64,000 bases of DNA from Vicinamibacterales bacterium (lineage in GTDB: Bacteria > Acidobacteriota > Vicinamibacteria > Vicinamibacterales > UBA2999). Position 1 is the stretch's first letter; every line of letters starts with the position of its first letter. The position numbers were made by a program, and so were the translations under genes. Location: contig DASUSZ010000130.1 of the NCBI GenBank assembly GCA_036374815.1, positions 2,732 to 66,731 on the forward strand. Reading direction: 5' to 3'. Shown piece by piece: positions 28,010 to 36,395 of the stretch. The notes under the pieces were generated by a model that did no database searches, had not been told where the DNA came from, and saw only the letters and a program-made list of their open reading frames with translations.

Positions 28010-30571
28010 ATGAAAGGCGTGTTCCTCGGCGTTCTGGCTGCTGTGGCGGTGGCCGCCCCCGCACTCGCGGCGTCCAATGAGCGGCGCGCCACCGCGGCTG
28101 TCGAAGCCGTTGCCGTGCCGGCGACGACCCCGATCGTGCTCGACGGCAAACACAACGAAGAGATCTGGCAGCAGGCGCCTGCCGTCGTCGAATTCCTGCA
28201 GCGTGAGCCGAACGAGGGCCGCGAGCCGAGCCATCGCACCGAAGCGCGCATGGCCTACGACGAGGGCGCGTTGTATGTCGCGGTGCGCGCGTTCGACAAC
28301 GACCCCGACAAGATCGTCGGCATCCTGACGCGACGCGATCAGCGATCACCCTCCGACTGGATTCGCATCGTCGTCGACTCGTACTTCGACAAGCGATCGG
28401 CGTACGAGTTCGGCGTCAATCCGGTTGGCGTCAAGACCGATCGCTACTACTTCAACGACGGGCAGAGCGACGACAGCTGGGATGCGGTGTGGGACGTCGA
28501 AGTGGAAAAAGACGCCGCCGGCTGGCGCGCCGAGTTCCGCATTCCGTTTTCGCAGCTCCGCTTCAACAACACCTCGGGCGGCCCGGTGGGCTTCTCGATC
28601 ATTCGCGAGGTCGGCCGCCTCGCAGAGACGTCAAGCTGGCCGCTGCTGTCCCGCAATGCCAACGGATTCGTGTCGCAGTTCGGCGAGCTGCGCGGCCTGA
28701 AAATGTCGGGCGCGCCGAAGCGCTTTGAGCTGATGCCGTATTCGGTGGGCAAGGTCGACACGCGTCCGCTTGACGTCTCAGATCCTCTCAGCGAGTCGCC
28801 GGATCCCGGCGGCTCGTTCGGCCTGGATTTGAAATACGCCGTCACGCCCGGCCTGACGCTCACCGCGACCGCGAATCCGGACTTCGGCCAGGTCGAAGCC
28901 GATCCGGCGGTCGTCAACCTCGATGCGTTCGAAACCTTCTTCCCCGAGCGCCGTCCGTTCTTCGTTGAAGGCTCGGGCACGTTCCGCTTCAACATGGACT
29001 GCAACGACGGCAACTGCACCGGCATGTTCTATTCGCGCCGCATCGGCCGCGCGCCGCAGGGATCGCCAACGGTCAACGACGGCGAGTACTCGAAGCAGCC
29101 GGATTCGGCGACGATCATCGGCGCCGCGAAGCTGACCGGCCGCGTCGCGGGATTTTCGATCGGCGCGCTGACCGCGGCCACCGCGCGCGAGGACGCGGAA
29201 ATCGCCGGCGTCGACATGATCGGCCGCCGCGATCAGAACGTGGAGCCGCTCACCGGCTACACGGTGCTGCGCGCGCGCAAGGAATTTGCCAACCAGTCGT
29301 CGCTCGGCTTCATGACGACGTCGACGAACCGGCAGCTCGATGCGGAGACGTCGTTTCTGTCGAAGAATGCCTACGCCGGCGGCATCGATTACGACTGGCG
29401 CCTGTCGCCGATGTACAACATCAGCGGCTACTTCGCCGGCAGCCACATCGACGGCAACGTCGATGCGATTCGACGGCTGCAGGAAAACAACGTCCACAGC
29501 TTTCAGCGCACCGACGCCGACTACATCGATGTCGATCCCACCGCCACATCCTTGAACGGGCACGCCGGTTCGATCGCGTTCGGCAAGATTGCGGGCGAGA
29601 GCACGCGGTTCAGCTCACACTTCGGCTACAAGTCGCCGGGCTTCGACACCAACGACCTCGGCTTCATGCGCCGCGCCGACGATCGCAACCAGTCGAACTG
29701 GTTCCAGTGGCGCAACTTCCGGCCGGGCAAGTACGTCCGCACCCGCAACTTCAACATCAACCAGTATCAAAGCTGGAACTTCGGCGGCGATCGCACGTTC
29801 TCCGGCGGCAACGTCAACTCGCACTGGACGTTCGTGAACTACTACAGCGTTGGCGGCGGCATCAACTACGACCTGGCGCCGTTCCGCGATCGCGTGACGC
29901 GCGGCGGTCCCGGCGTGCTCGGCAATCCCAGCAAGTACAGCTTCTGGTACTACGCCAACACCGACAATCGCAAGCCGCTGTCGTTCTTCTTCAACGGCAA
30001 CCACTGGGCGGATCGTTTCAATAGTTCGCGCCACGGCTATGGACCCGGCTTCAACTGGCGCCCGACCTCGTCGATGTCGCTCAACATGGGCTTCTGGTTG
30101 AACGTGAACCGCGACGATTCGCAGTGGGTGACCAACGAGGATCTGGGTGGCGGCGGCCAGCGCTACGTGTTCGGGCGCATCGAACAGAAGACGCTGTCGA
30201 TCAGCACGCGCTTCAACTACACGATGACGCCGAACCTGTCGCTGCAGGTTTATGCGGAGCCGTTCGTGAGCGCCGGCGATTACACCAACTACAAGGAGCT
30301 GGTCGACGGCCGCGCCGAGAACTACGCGGATCGCTACAAGCCGTACGCCTACGGCGGCAACGCCGACTTCAACATCCGCTCGTTCCGCACCACCAACGTG
30401 CTGCGCTGGGAATATCGCCCGGGCTCGCAGCTGTTCCTGGTCTGGCAGCAGGGCAAGTCGGATTACCAGGAATACGGCGATTTCCGCTTCGGCCGCGACT
30501 TCAGCGGCGTGTTCTCGGCGCCGACCCGCAACGTCTTCCTCGTAAAGTTCAGCTACTGGTTGAATATGTAA
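28010..30571 (+). CDS. CBM9-like / DUF5916-like secreted (probably outer-membrane) protein
   Basis: Track ORF 27998..30571, trimmed to ATG 28010 (MKGVFLGVLAAVAVAAPALA). The N-terminus fits the CBM9-like plus DUF5916 architecture as remembered (IVLDGKHNEEIWQQAP...FLQREPNEG...DSYFDKRSAYEFGVNP...WDAVWDVEV). The C-terminal half is beta-rich and ends FSYWLNM. Confidence 0.8.
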   Translation: MKGVFLGVLAAVAVAAPALAASNERRATAAVEAVAVPATTPIVLDGKHNEEIWQQAPAVVEFLQREPNEGREPSHRTEARMAYDEGALYVAVRAFDNDPDKIVGILTRRDQRSPSDWIRIVVDSYFDKRSAYEFGVNPVGVKTDRYYFNDGQSDDSWDAVWDVEVEKDAAGWRAEFRIPFSQLRFNNTSGGPVGFSIIREVGRLAETSSWPLLSRNANGFVSQFGELRGLKMSGAPKRFELMPYSVGKVDTRPLDVSDPLSESPDPGGSFGLDLKYAVTPGLTLTATANPDFGQVEADPAVVNLDAFETFFPERRPFFVEGSGTFRFNMDCNDGNCTGMFYSRRIGRAPQGSPTVNDGEYSKQPDSATIIGAAKLTGRVAGFSIGALTAATAREDAEIAGVDMIGRRDQNVEPLTGYTVLRARKEFANQSSLGFMTTSTNRQLDAETSFLSKNAYAGGIDYDWRLSPMYNISGYFAGSHIDGNVDAIRRLQENNVHSFQRTDADYIDVDPTATSLNGHAGSIAFGKIAGESTRFSSHFGYKSPGFDTNDLGFMRRADDRNQSNWFQWRNFRPGKYVRTRNFNINQYQSWNFGGDRTFSGGNVNSHWTFVNYYSVGGGINYDLAPFRDRVTRGGPGVLGNPSKYSFWYYANTDNRKPLSFFFNGNHWADRFNSSRHGYGPGFNWRPTSSMSLNMGFWLNVNRDDSQWVTNEDLGGGGQRYVFGRIEQKTLSISTRFNYTMTPNLSLQVYAEPFVSAGDYTNYKELVDGRAENYADRYKPYAYGGNADFNIRSFRTTNVLRWEYRPGSQLFLVWQQGKSDYQEYGDFRFGRDFSGVFSAPTRNVFLVKFSYWLNM

Positions 30572-30581
30572 GAATCGCTGA

Positions 30582-30836
30582 GTGAGCCTGCGCGATAACA
30601 TTCGCGACTTCTTCCACGGCGCGGCCTACGGCGCGTACGAGCGCGAGCTGCGCATGCAGGCGGCGGAGCTGAACGACCTGTTCCTTCTGCTCTGCTACAT
30701 GGAAGTCGTCGGCCTGCCGAACCCGGCCACGCTCTACCTTCTCGACATCTATCCTTATCTGCTCGAGCAGTTTCATCTCTGGCATAAGCGCATGGGGATG
30801 GATCGATCGCCGCTGGGAAGCCTGCCTTGCTGTTGA
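30582..30836 (+). CDS. Small protein ending in Cys-Cys-stop (resembles the family PGAP calls cory-CC-star protein; from memory)
   Basis: Track ORF 30582..30836 (GTG start), 84 aa, ending ...SPLGSLPCC. It lies directly upstream of an ArsA/GET3-like ATPase, which is the context I recall for that family. Confidence 0.6.
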   Translation: MSLRDNIRDFFHGAAYGAYERELRMQAAELNDLFLLLCYMEVVGLPNPATLYLLDIYPYLLEQFHLWHKRMGMDRSPLGSLPCC

Positions 30837-30862
30837 AGGCGAAAGGCAGAAGGCAAAACTAA

Positions 30863-31795
30863 ATGCGAGCGCTGCTAAGTAAGCGCGTCCTCTTCTTCGG
30901 TGGGAAGGGCGGCGTCGGCAAGACGACATCGGCGTCGGCGATGGCGCTGGCGGCGAGCCAGGCGGGCAAGCGGGTGCTGCTGGTGTCGACCGATCCCGCG
31001 CATTCGACGGCGGATATCTTCGAGCGGGCGATCGGGCCGGAGCCGATCGAGCTGCTGCCGAACCTGCACGGCCTCGAGATCGACGGTGAGTTCGAAGCGA
31101 AGCGTTACGTCGGCGAGGTGAAAGAGCGTATCAAGGGCCTGTTCGGCCACAGCATCCAGAAGGAAGCCAACAAGCAGATCGACCTGGCGGCGAGCATGCC
31201 CGGCGCGGAGGAGATGGCGCTGTTCGATCGCATCGGCGGGCTGGTGCGCGGCGAGGACGATCGATTCGATCTCGTGATCTTCGATACCGCGCCGACCGGC
31301 CACACGCTGCGGCTGATTCGCATGCCCGAGCTGATGGAGGCATGGATTCGCGCGCTGTCGCGATCGCGGCAGGCGATGCTCGGCATCGAGCAGGACGACA
31401 AGACCGATCCGGTGATGGTGTCGCTCAAAGAGCGGCTCGAGCACCTGCGCGAGTTCCGGGCGCGGCTGTTGAGTCCGCGGATCTGCGCGTTCGTCCTCGT
31501 GCTCGTCGCCGAGCGGCTGCCGATCGAAGAAACCGCGCGCGCGATCGAGCAGTTGAGCGACGCCGGCGTGACGATCGGCGGGATGATCGTCAATCGCGTG
31601 CTGCCGGAGACGAGCCCCGATCCGTTCCTGCGCTCTCGCCACGAGCAGGAACAGGTCTATCTCGACGAGATCGAGCGGCGCTTCAAGTCGTTCGCCCGCG
31701 TGCGGCTGCCGCAGCTGCCTTCCGACGTGCACGGTGTGCAGACGCTCGAGCAAATCTCCAGCCTGTTGATGAAGGACAAGGTGCTCGCCTCATGA
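30863..31795 (+). CDS. ArsA/GET3-family ATPase
   Basis: Track ORF 30863..31795. It has the deviant Walker A GGKGGVGKTT, STDPAHS and the signature DTAPTGHTLRLI. Confidence 0.85.
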   Translation: MRALLSKRVLFFGGKGGVGKTTSASAMALAASQAGKRVLLVSTDPAHSTADIFERAIGPEPIELLPNLHGLEIDGEFEAKRYVGEVKERIKGLFGHSIQKEANKQIDLAASMPGAEEMALFDRIGGLVRGEDDRFDLVIFDTAPTGHTLRLIRMPELMEAWIRALSRSRQAMLGIEQDDKTDPVMVSLKERLEHLREFRARLLSPRICAFVLVLVAERLPIEETARAIEQLSDAGVTIGGMIVNRVLPETSPDPFLRSRHEQEQVYLDEIERRFKSFARVRLPQLPSDVHGVQTLEQISSLLMKDKVLAS

Positions 31796-32316
31796 TCTTC
31801 GATCGCCCGCAGCCATCCGAGTTCAACGAGTTCTATGCCGGCTACATCGCGAAAGTGCCGGCGTCCGGTCCGCTCGGCCTGCTGCGCGCGCAGATGGCGG
31901 CGTTCGAGCAGCTGCGCCACTTGTCGGACGAGCAGGCGCGCTATCGCTATGCCGAAGGGAAGTGGTCGATCAAGGAGCTCGTTGGCCACATGGCCGACAC
32001 CGAGCGGCTGTTCTCGTACCGGCTGCTGCACGTGTTGCGCTCGGATCCGGCGCCGCTCGCCGGCATGGACGAGAAGGCGTGGACGGCGGCGGCGCCGCAC
32101 GCCAATCGCCGCGTCGACGACATCGCCGATGAGATGAGCGCCGTGCGCCGGGCGACGATCGCGCTCGTCGAGTCAACCGAGCCCGCCGCGCTCGCGCGCA
32201 GCGGCGTTGCCAACAACTTTCCGATCACCGCCCGGGCGCTCTGCTGGATCCTGCCCGGCCACGCGCAGCACCACCTCGATGTGCTGCGGGACCGCTACAA
32301 CATCACCTTTGCGTAG
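31792..32316 (+). CDS. DinB-family (DinB_2) protein
   Basis: This is the 3' part of track ORF 31342..32316. ATG 31792 forms an ATGA overlap with the ArsA-like stop. The four-helix-bundle histidines are in KELVGHMADTERLFSYRL and ILPGHAQHHLDVL. Confidence 0.8.
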   Translation: MIFDRPQPSEFNEFYAGYIAKVPASGPLGLLRAQMAAFEQLRHLSDEQARYRYAEGKWSIKELVGHMADTERLFSYRLLHVLRSDPAPLAGMDEKAWTAAAPHANRRVDDIADEMSAVRRATIALVESTEPAALARSGVANNFPITARALCWILPGHAQHHLDVLRDRYNITFA

Positions 32317-34744
32317 CGGTCGACGCCGGCGTCAGGCGCGTCGTGCTCTCGCGCACCGATTCGACCTTCGCGCGCGAGTAGGCGATCGGGAAGTACTCGC
32401 CGCGCGCCCACAGCGGGAACAGATCCCGGTAGTGCGGGCTGTCGGGATCGCCCGACTGCCCCGGCGTGTTGAGGCCCACCGACTTATCCCAGTCTTCCGT
32501 GTCGGCGATGATCTTCAACGAGCCGCCCGAGGTCTGGTTGTCGCCGGCGCCTGTCGCGCTTACCGTTGATCCGTCGCCGCCTCTCGGCAGCGGCCCGACG
32601 TTCAGTTTCGCAAGCGTCGCCGCGTTGACGGCGTCCGACAGCGGATGCCTGATCAGCGCGTGGTGATAGCCCGGCTGCCCGTACTTCCACGCGCTCATGT
32701 CGGCGCCGAACCGCTTCGTCAGCTCGGCGACGGCTTCGTCCATGCTCTTCGCAACCAGCGCGTTTCGGCCGGCAATCGGATTGCTGCCGAAGCGCCCATC
32801 GGGCGAGTGCAGCATGTCGATCAGTTTGCGGGTCCCGACCAGATTCGTTCCGCCATCCTTGCGTATCGCCGCCGGGACGATCGCTTCGCGCGCGTTGGCG
32901 AACAAGCGGCGCTGGAACATCGCGTAGACGCCGGCCTCGATCGAATTCTTGTCGAGGACGAAATCCCAGCGCGCCAGCAGGTCGCGGGCGCGGGCACTGG
33001 CAGCGTTGGCCATCTCCGCGTTCAACGCCAGCGGCACCAGCTCGCGCGCCACCACCGACAAGTCGTCATTCTGCAGTCTCGTCGTCTCGGCAACGTTGAA
33101 GAGACGGCCCGAGCCAAGCACCTCGGTGATGCGCGCGGCGCGGAACGGATCCGACCACGTGTTCTGCAGCAGATCCTTGTATTGATAGTTGGGCGGCAAC
33201 AGGTAATTGTTGGCGGTGGCGATGAAGCCGCGCGCCGGATTTGCTTCCGACGGCAGCGACGCGATCGGCAGGTAGCCGTCCCACTCGTAACGCCCGTCGC
33301 CGGGCACCGGCAGAATGCCGCTCCAGTTGCGGCGAATCGGCTGGATGCCGGCCGCGTGCCAGCCGATGTTGCCGTTGCGATCGACCCACACCATGTTCTC
33401 CGACGGCATGTGGCTGAACGCGCACGCCGCCTTGAACTCCTCCCAGGTCTTCGCCTGGTTCATGCGCAGGCTCGCCAGGTACGGCGCGCTGCCCGGTTCC
33501 ATCCACCCCGCCCGCAGCGCGTAGGCCTTGCGATTGGCGCGATCCTCGAACAGCACCGGCCCGTGACGCGTGTATTTGAGCTCGACCTGCTCCGGCTTCT
33601 CGCCTTCGATCGGAATCGACTCGGTGATCACGCGCATCGCTTCCCAGCCGCTGCGATAGCGGTATTCGTTCGCGTTGGCGGGATTGGTGTCGTAGACGTA
33701 GAGATCCTCCGCGTCCTGCCCGAAGATGGTCAGCCCCCACGCGCCGTGCTCGTTGTGGCCGATCGATACGCCGGGCAGCACCGGCTCGCCGCCGCCGATC
33801 ACGTTCCAGCCGGGCGCGACCAGGTGCACCCAGTAACGCAGCGACGGCGCCGCAATCACGCGATGCGGATCGTTGGCCATGATCGGCATTCCGCTCATCG
33901 TCTTCGAGCCGGCAATCACCCAGTTGTTCGATCCGATGTCCTTCGGATCGGCGTCGAGGTCGGCAGGGCCGGCCGGGTCGGGAGCTGGCGCGATCGCGAG
34001 TGCTCGAGTCGTGGCGGCGCCCCGATACTCCGCGGCGATGTCTTCGGGCCTGAACTGGACGCTGGCGCGGAACGCGTTGTAGACCGCCAGTACGTCGGCG
34101 GGAATCAGCTGAGGATCGATTGCCGGATCGAGCGTGAAGCGCGGATCGCCGCCCTGGAACGTCATCAACTCGCGCACCGTGTCGACGTTCGATGATTTGA
34201 TCGCGCGCAGCAGCCGCACCTCTTCGCCGACGTTCGACGCCAAGGCCTGGTGCCGCGAGATCACCACCGCCGGCGTCCAGCGCCCCGGCGTGATGCCGAG
34301 CATCTTGAACTCGATCGGCAACAGCGCGGCATTGCGCTCCGTTTCGGCAATGTAGGCGTTGACGCCTTTCACGTAGGCATCGACGATCGCCGCTCCGCGC
34401 GGGTGATAGCGATTCAGCTCATCGGTCATGTCGCCGCGGAACTGGTGGAGCCGCGCGCCGCGATCGCGCGTCAACTCGCGCCGCCCGAGAATCTCGGACA
34501 CCGTGCCGGTGGCCTGCCGCCGCCACACCTCGAACTGGAAGAGGCGGTCCCTGGCGGCCGCATACCCTTGCGCGAAGAACAAGTCCGCTTCGTTCTGCGC
34601 GTAGATGTGGTTGATGCCCCAGCGGTCGCGGATGATCTCGACCGGCTGCGTCAGCCCGGCGATCTGAACGGCGTTGTCGACCTGCGCGGAACCGGTGGTG
34701 ATGGTGGCAGCAACAGCGAGAACAATGGCGACGAGGCGCGTCAT
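32303..34744 (-). CDS. Penicillin acylase (S45 Ntn-hydrolase) family protein, possibly an acyl-homoserine-lactone acylase type
   Basis: This is the 3' 813 codons of track ORF 32303..36130. The start is ATG 34744 (MTRLVAIVLAVAATITTGSAQ signal). It contains RDRWGINHIYA, FFAQGYAAARDRLFQ and the autoprocessing site GSNNWVIAG. Confidence 0.9.
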   Translation of the reverse strand: MTRLVAIVLAVAATITTGSAQVDNAVQIAGLTQPVEIIRDRWGINHIYAQNEADLFFAQGYAAARDRLFQFEVWRRQATGTVSEILGRRELTRDRGARLHQFRGDMTDELNRYHPRGAAIVDAYVKGVNAYIAETERNAALLPIEFKMLGITPGRWTPAVVISRHQALASNVGEEVRLLRAIKSSNVDTVRELMTFQGGDPRFTLDPAIDPQLIPADVLAVYNAFRASVQFRPEDIAAEYRGAATTRALAIAPAPDPAGPADLDADPKDIGSNNWVIAGSKTMSGMPIMANDPHRVIAAPSLRYWVHLVAPGWNVIGGGEPVLPGVSIGHNEHGAWGLTIFGQDAEDLYVYDTNPANANEYRYRSGWEAMRVITESIPIEGEKPEQVELKYTRHGPVLFEDRANRKAYALRAGWMEPGSAPYLASLRMNQAKTWEEFKAACAFSHMPSENMVWVDRNGNIGWHAAGIQPIRRNWSGILPVPGDGRYEWDGYLPIASLPSEANPARGFIATANNYLLPPNYQYKDLLQNTWSDPFRAARITEVLGSGRLFNVAETTRLQNDDLSVVARELVPLALNAEMANAASARARDLLARWDFVLDKNSIEAGVYAMFQRRLFANAREAIVPAAIRKDGGTNLVGTRKLIDMLHSPDGRFGSNPIAGRNALVAKSMDEAVAELTKRFGADMSAWKYGQPGYHHALIRHPLSDAVNAATLAKLNVGPLPRGGDGSTVSATGAGDNQTSGGSLKIIADTEDWDKSVGLNTPGQSGDPDSPHYRDLFPLWARGEYFPIAYSRAKVESVRESTTRLTPASTATQR

Positions 34745-34757
34745 ACCGACCCCCTTT

Positions 34758-34799
34758 GGGCCCGCCTGCGCGGGGCTGAACGCCCGCGCAGGCGCGCCC
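34758..34799. promoter_or_regulatory. GC-rich perfect 12-bp inverted repeat (extendable to ~17 bp) in a divergent intergenic region
   Basis: CGCCTGCGCGGG (34763-34774), loop GCTGAACG, CCCGCGCAGGCG (34783-34794), with flanking GGGC/GCCC pairs. It sits between the acylase start (34744, minus) and the ArgH-like start (34820, plus). A TATACT box lies at 34806-34811. Confidence 0.5.
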
Positions 34800-34819
34800 G
34801 GCGAATATACTGCTAATAG

Positions 34820-36274
34820 ATGAAGTTCGCCCCCGAATACGTCAAGCACGTCCTCAACGACAACTTCGAGGACGCCAAGACGTTGCTGCTGTCGCCGCTG
34901 ATGGCGATCAACTACGCGCACCTCGTGATGCTGGCCGAGCAGGGCATCATTTCCGCTCCTGATGCGAGGGCGCTGCGCGATGCGCTTGATGGCATTTCGC
35001 TCGACCGCGTCCGCGAAGTGCTGTACGACGGCAGCTACGAGGATCTGTTCTTCTACATCGAGCGCCTGATCGACAAAGCCTGCGGCGAGGACACTGCCGG
35101 GCGCCTGCACACCGCGCGCAGCCGCAACGACCTGGCGATGACGATGTACCGGATGCATCAGCGTGAATCGATCGCGCTGCTCGCCGAAGAGACGATCAAC
35201 CTGCGCGACGCGTTGATCGCGCTGGCCGCCCGCCACACCGAAACCATTTACGGCGCGCACACGCACACCCAGCCGGCGCAGCCGACCACCATCGCGCACT
35301 ACCTGCTGGCGATCATCGAGCAGCTCGAGCGCGACACGAAACGGCTCGGCGCCGCCTTCGAATCGACCAACGTCAATCCGCTCGGCGCGTGCGCGATCAC
35401 CGGCACCGGCTTTCCGATCGATCGCCGGCGCACCAGCGAGCTGCTCGGCTTCAACGGCCCGACCGGCAACACCTACGGCAGCATCGCGACGGTCGACTAC
35501 CTGCTCGAAAGCGTGTCGGCCACGAGCGTGATGATCGTCGGGCTCGGCCGCGTGATTCAGGACCTGCTGCTGTGGTGCACGATGGAGTTCGGTTATCTGC
35601 GCCTCAGCGACGGCTTCGTGCAGGGCAGCAGCATCATGCCGCAGAAGCGCAATCCCGTCGCGCTCGAGCACGCGCGCGCGATCGGCAGCAAAGCCGTCGG
35701 CCAGGCGCAGGCGATCATCACCGCCGTCCACAACACCCCCTTCGGCGACATCGTCGACACCGAGGACGATCTGCAGCCGCTCGTGGCATCGATGTTCCGC
35801 GATGCAACGCGCATGGTGACGCTGGTCGCGGCCGCAATGCGGCTTGCCGACTTCGACATCGCCAGGCTGGCGTCGCGGGCCGCGGCTGGCGGCACCACTT
35901 TGACCGAGCTTGCGGATACGCTGGTGCGCGATCACCAGCTGCCGTTCCGCAACGCGCATGCGATCGCCGCCCTGCTGCTGAAAGCGCGCACCGAAGATCC
36001 GCAGGCGCCGCTGTCGCAAACGCTGTCGAAAGCGTCGCAGGCGATTCTCGGCACGCCGATCGAGTACGCGGAAGCGGACCTCGAAAAGATCATGAGCCCC
36101 GCCCACTTCGTGCAGGTCCGCGCGACCCACGGCGGCCCGTCGCCGAAGGAAGCGTCGCGCGCGATCGCGGAATCACGGCAGAAGCTGCAGGACGATCGCG
36201 AAAGCTGGCAGGCACGCCGCCGCCGCATCGATGAGGCGGAAACCCGTCTGGCCGCGCGGGTGAAGGCGCTGTGA
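34820..36274 (+). CDS. Argininosuccinate lyase family (fumarate-lyase superfamily) protein
   Basis: Track ORF 34820..36274. It contains TARSRNDLAMTMY, THTQPAQPTT and the signature GSSIMPQKRNP. Confidence 0.85.
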   Translation: MKFAPEYVKHVLNDNFEDAKTLLLSPLMAINYAHLVMLAEQGIISAPDARALRDALDGISLDRVREVLYDGSYEDLFFYIERLIDKACGEDTAGRLHTARSRNDLAMTMYRMHQRESIALLAEETINLRDALIALAARHTETIYGAHTHTQPAQPTTIAHYLLAIIEQLERDTKRLGAAFESTNVNPLGACAITGTGFPIDRRRTSELLGFNGPTGNTYGSIATVDYLLESVSATSVMIVGLGRVIQDLLLWCTMEFGYLRLSDGFVQGSSIMPQKRNPVALEHARAIGSKAVGQAQAIITAVHNTPFGDIVDTEDDLQPLVASMFRDATRMVTLVAAAMRLADFDIARLASRAAAGGTTLTELADTLVRDHQLPFRNAHAIAALLLKARTEDPQAPLSQTLSKASQAILGTPIEYAEADLEKIMSPAHFVQVRATHGGPSPKEASRAIAESRQKLQDDRESWQARRRRIDEAETRLAARVKAL

Positions 36275-36393
36275 ACGAACCGATCACCAAGCTGGACGAC
36301 GAGCAGCCGATCGCGCATCACTACGTGATGGTGCTCGTCGTCGAAGCCGTGACCGTGTTCGCGTTGTGGCTGCTGTCGCGGGCCTTCCTCTAA
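36271..36393 (+). CDS. 40-aa single-TM mini-protein upstream of the symporter (unlisted)
   Basis: Hand translation gives MNEPITKLDDEQPIAHHYVMVLVVEAVTVFALWLLSRAFL. GTG 36271 overlaps the lyase stop (GTGA). Its TAA lies 2 nt before the symporter ATG (36396). An internal ATG (codon 20) is an alternative start. Confidence 0.45.
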   Translation: MNEPITKLDDEQPIAHHYVMVLVVEAVTVFALWLLSRAFL

Positions 36394-36395
36394 TC

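Noticed and set aside
30549-30929. 126-aa minus-strand ORF opposite the CC-terminal small protein
   Set aside because: It is arginine-rich and straddles two plus-strand genes and their spacer. The plus-strand reading has the better codon bias and matches the expected ArsA-adjacent context.
34745-36130. Upstream extension of the acylase ORF (32303..36130)
   Set aside because: The signal peptide and the ATG at 34744 mark the real start. The extension is antisense to the ArgH-family gene, which has clear fumarate-lyase signatures.
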